Assembly: GCA_964106645.2 (NCBI GenBank)
Contig: OZ067040.1
Strand: one strand, 5' to 3'
DNA: 64,000 nucleotides
Source: Podarcis pityusensis
Lineage: Eukaryota
The translations under genes and the position numbers were made by a program. Positions within the stretch are counted from its first letter, which is position 1. Each line of letters starts with the position of its first letter. Shown here one piece after another: positions 61,936 to 64,000 of this stretch. The notes beneath the pieces were generated by a model, which made no database searches, was not told where the DNA came from, and was given only the letters and a program-made list of their open reading frames with translations.

Positions 61936-64000
61936 TAAACAATTCAATGCATAATAAGATGCTCTGTAGCAGATCTCCTTAACAAGAGATTTAGTTTTTA
62001 AATGGCTGTTACAGCTGCAAAAGCAGGAAGTATACAAGGGAAAGGGTTCATCGTACTCAGCCTGTGCTGTCCCTTCTATACCGTATGGCTATTTATCAGA
62101 CTATCTCTTTGGCTCTGCGAAAAGGTGTTGTGCAACAAATCTGTGCAAATCCCAATCTTGACTTTTCCAAGCTGTGCCAATGCTACCTTTCAACTCTGTT
62201 CTCAGAGCCTGATTACCTCATTTGCGAAACTAGCATAAAATACTGTGTGCTAGAAAAAATACTGGTACATTAAAAATTGTGTATTGTGTTTTAGATCATT
62301 GTTCCATTTTGCTTTAAATTCATCTTCCATCTCCTTTAAAACTGGGCTGTTAGGCTCTGCCATACCTCCGGTAACCACAGAAGACACAGGGGGCAGGGGA
62401 AATAAAGGCTTTTAATTATGCTGTAGAGAACCCAGGCACCACTTCAGCTGTGCAGCTGGAACCCCAAACTCTAATAACTAAACCAGCAAATGTGTGTAAC
62501 TCAGATGAAAGGAAACCTTGAAATATGTAATTTAGGCTATTATTTACACAGCATGCCGGTTTTGGTATCTTGACCTCACAATAATAGATCACAATTTTTT
62601 TCTTGTGCCCTGGAGTACCTGATAAAATGATGCCTCCTACCTTCTGGAGGTATTGCATTGGCAAGGATTGCAATTACTTTTACTGTCATAATTTATAAAC
62701 CAATATACAATCAGTGTTATATTTAGTACTATGGAGTTCTAAAATGCATGGGGAGCTTTCATGAATTTTAGAAGTCGCAAGTTGGAATGTGACCCAAACC
62801 ATGGTAGTGGTGGTGGTGTGTAGCTTATGACTCACCCCTTGAATGTTAAGTAAACACAATTTCAAAAATCTGAATACATTCTGCCAATTTCAAATGGCAC
62901 AGAGGAAAGGAGATTGGAAGTAGGAAAATGGCACTCCTCTTGAATCTACCGTTTAAAACAACAGCTTCATACTGTTGTGTTCTGATAGACCTGAATATGA
63001 ACTGAATGTCCTATTTCTATGCTTTGAGTCTCCAGCAAGAATTATCTGGCTTTTATTATTGTTTCTTCTGCATATTAGACTAAGGAATTCAGAGCAACAT
63101 GTTTGTCTCAAGCAACCCTGCGAGGAAGCCTCAGCTTGGGATACACTATCATGCTCTGCTGGGACTTGGTGCTCACCAGGGAAATGATAGAGATTCCCAG
63201 AGTCTCTTCCTGTAAAACCAGGCCCTATCAGGACTCTAGCTACTCCCAATGGACTCTTCTGGCTGAGCTTTGGAAGGTGGTGTTTCAGCTGAGAACCAAA
63301 GTTATCCGAAGAGTGCCAAGGCTTCCCTTCTAGTGGTTCCACCCTCTTGGGTGAGCTGGGTGCAATCTTTTAAGTAGCTCACTTTAGTTGCATGCTCCTG
63401 CATGGCTGTGGAACAGGAGAAGCTATGGGGGAGTCATCCCCAGAGTGGAGGATGCTGGAATATCTGTGTCCTCAGGCAAGGATGGGATAGAAGGGGTTGC
63501 TGTGGGTTCCACCTCCCCACTGAGCAGGGGTTGACTTGTGGGTGTGAATGCAGGGGACATAACATTAACTGGCTCATGACTTCACAGGGGTAGTAGGGAT
63601 TTGAATAATGCCACATTCAAACCCAACATTTTAGCCATCACGCCACACTAACTCTGCTCTTAAATTGACTTTTCCGTTCGAGCTGTATTGCAGCATAAGA
63701 TTTCATGAACTCAGGCCTGCTTCTTCAGATGTGTAAAGTATTATCCTCACTGACTTGATGAGGAGAGGGTTGGGGTATGCAGGGGGTGGGGGATTCTCAT
63801 ACTGACTAACTCTTATTGACTAGCTGTGGAATAAAATCAATTATATTTGGAACTTTGGAAACTAATAGAGGCTTAAGCTTAAACTTGCTCCCAAGTAACC
63901 CCTCCAAGGGTCACATGTTGCAATTCATAGTCATGTAGCAGGGGACTAATTGTAGTAAGGGCATGGATGATCACTCTTTTCATGATATCTGTGTTTAAGG

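Noticed and set aside
47581-64000. Final MTHFD1L coding exon (expected MSTMPGLP...)
   Set aside because: No matching sequence found by eye; presumably beyond the window end.

Overview
Vertebrate genomic DNA, most likely a squamate reptile and probably a lacertid lizard, judging from Sauria SINEs and associated repeats. The window lies inside MTHFD1L (mitochondrial formyltetrahydrofolate synthetase) on the + strand. Nine GT-AG coding exons splice in frame to 1044 nt / 348 aa of the FTHFS domain (about human exons 18-26, numbering from memory). Upstream exons and the last coding exon are outside the window. The introns are rich in transposable elements: a full-length but inactivated 6.1-kb L1 with a 14-bp TSD, CR1, L2 and RTE fragments, three Sauria SINEs, other tRNA-derived SINEs, Tc1/mariner-pogo-like MITEs (TA TSD) and hAT MITEs (8-bp TSD), including several nested insertions. 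The most unusual structure is a TSD-flanked Penelope-like insertion (53479-53783) forming a near-perfect 131-bp-arm palindrome with a minimal hammerhead-ribozyme motif on each strand. There is one 132-N assembly gap. I found no CRISPR array, rRNA, true tRNA gene or well-supported novel protein-coding system. All calls were made by eye, without database searches.
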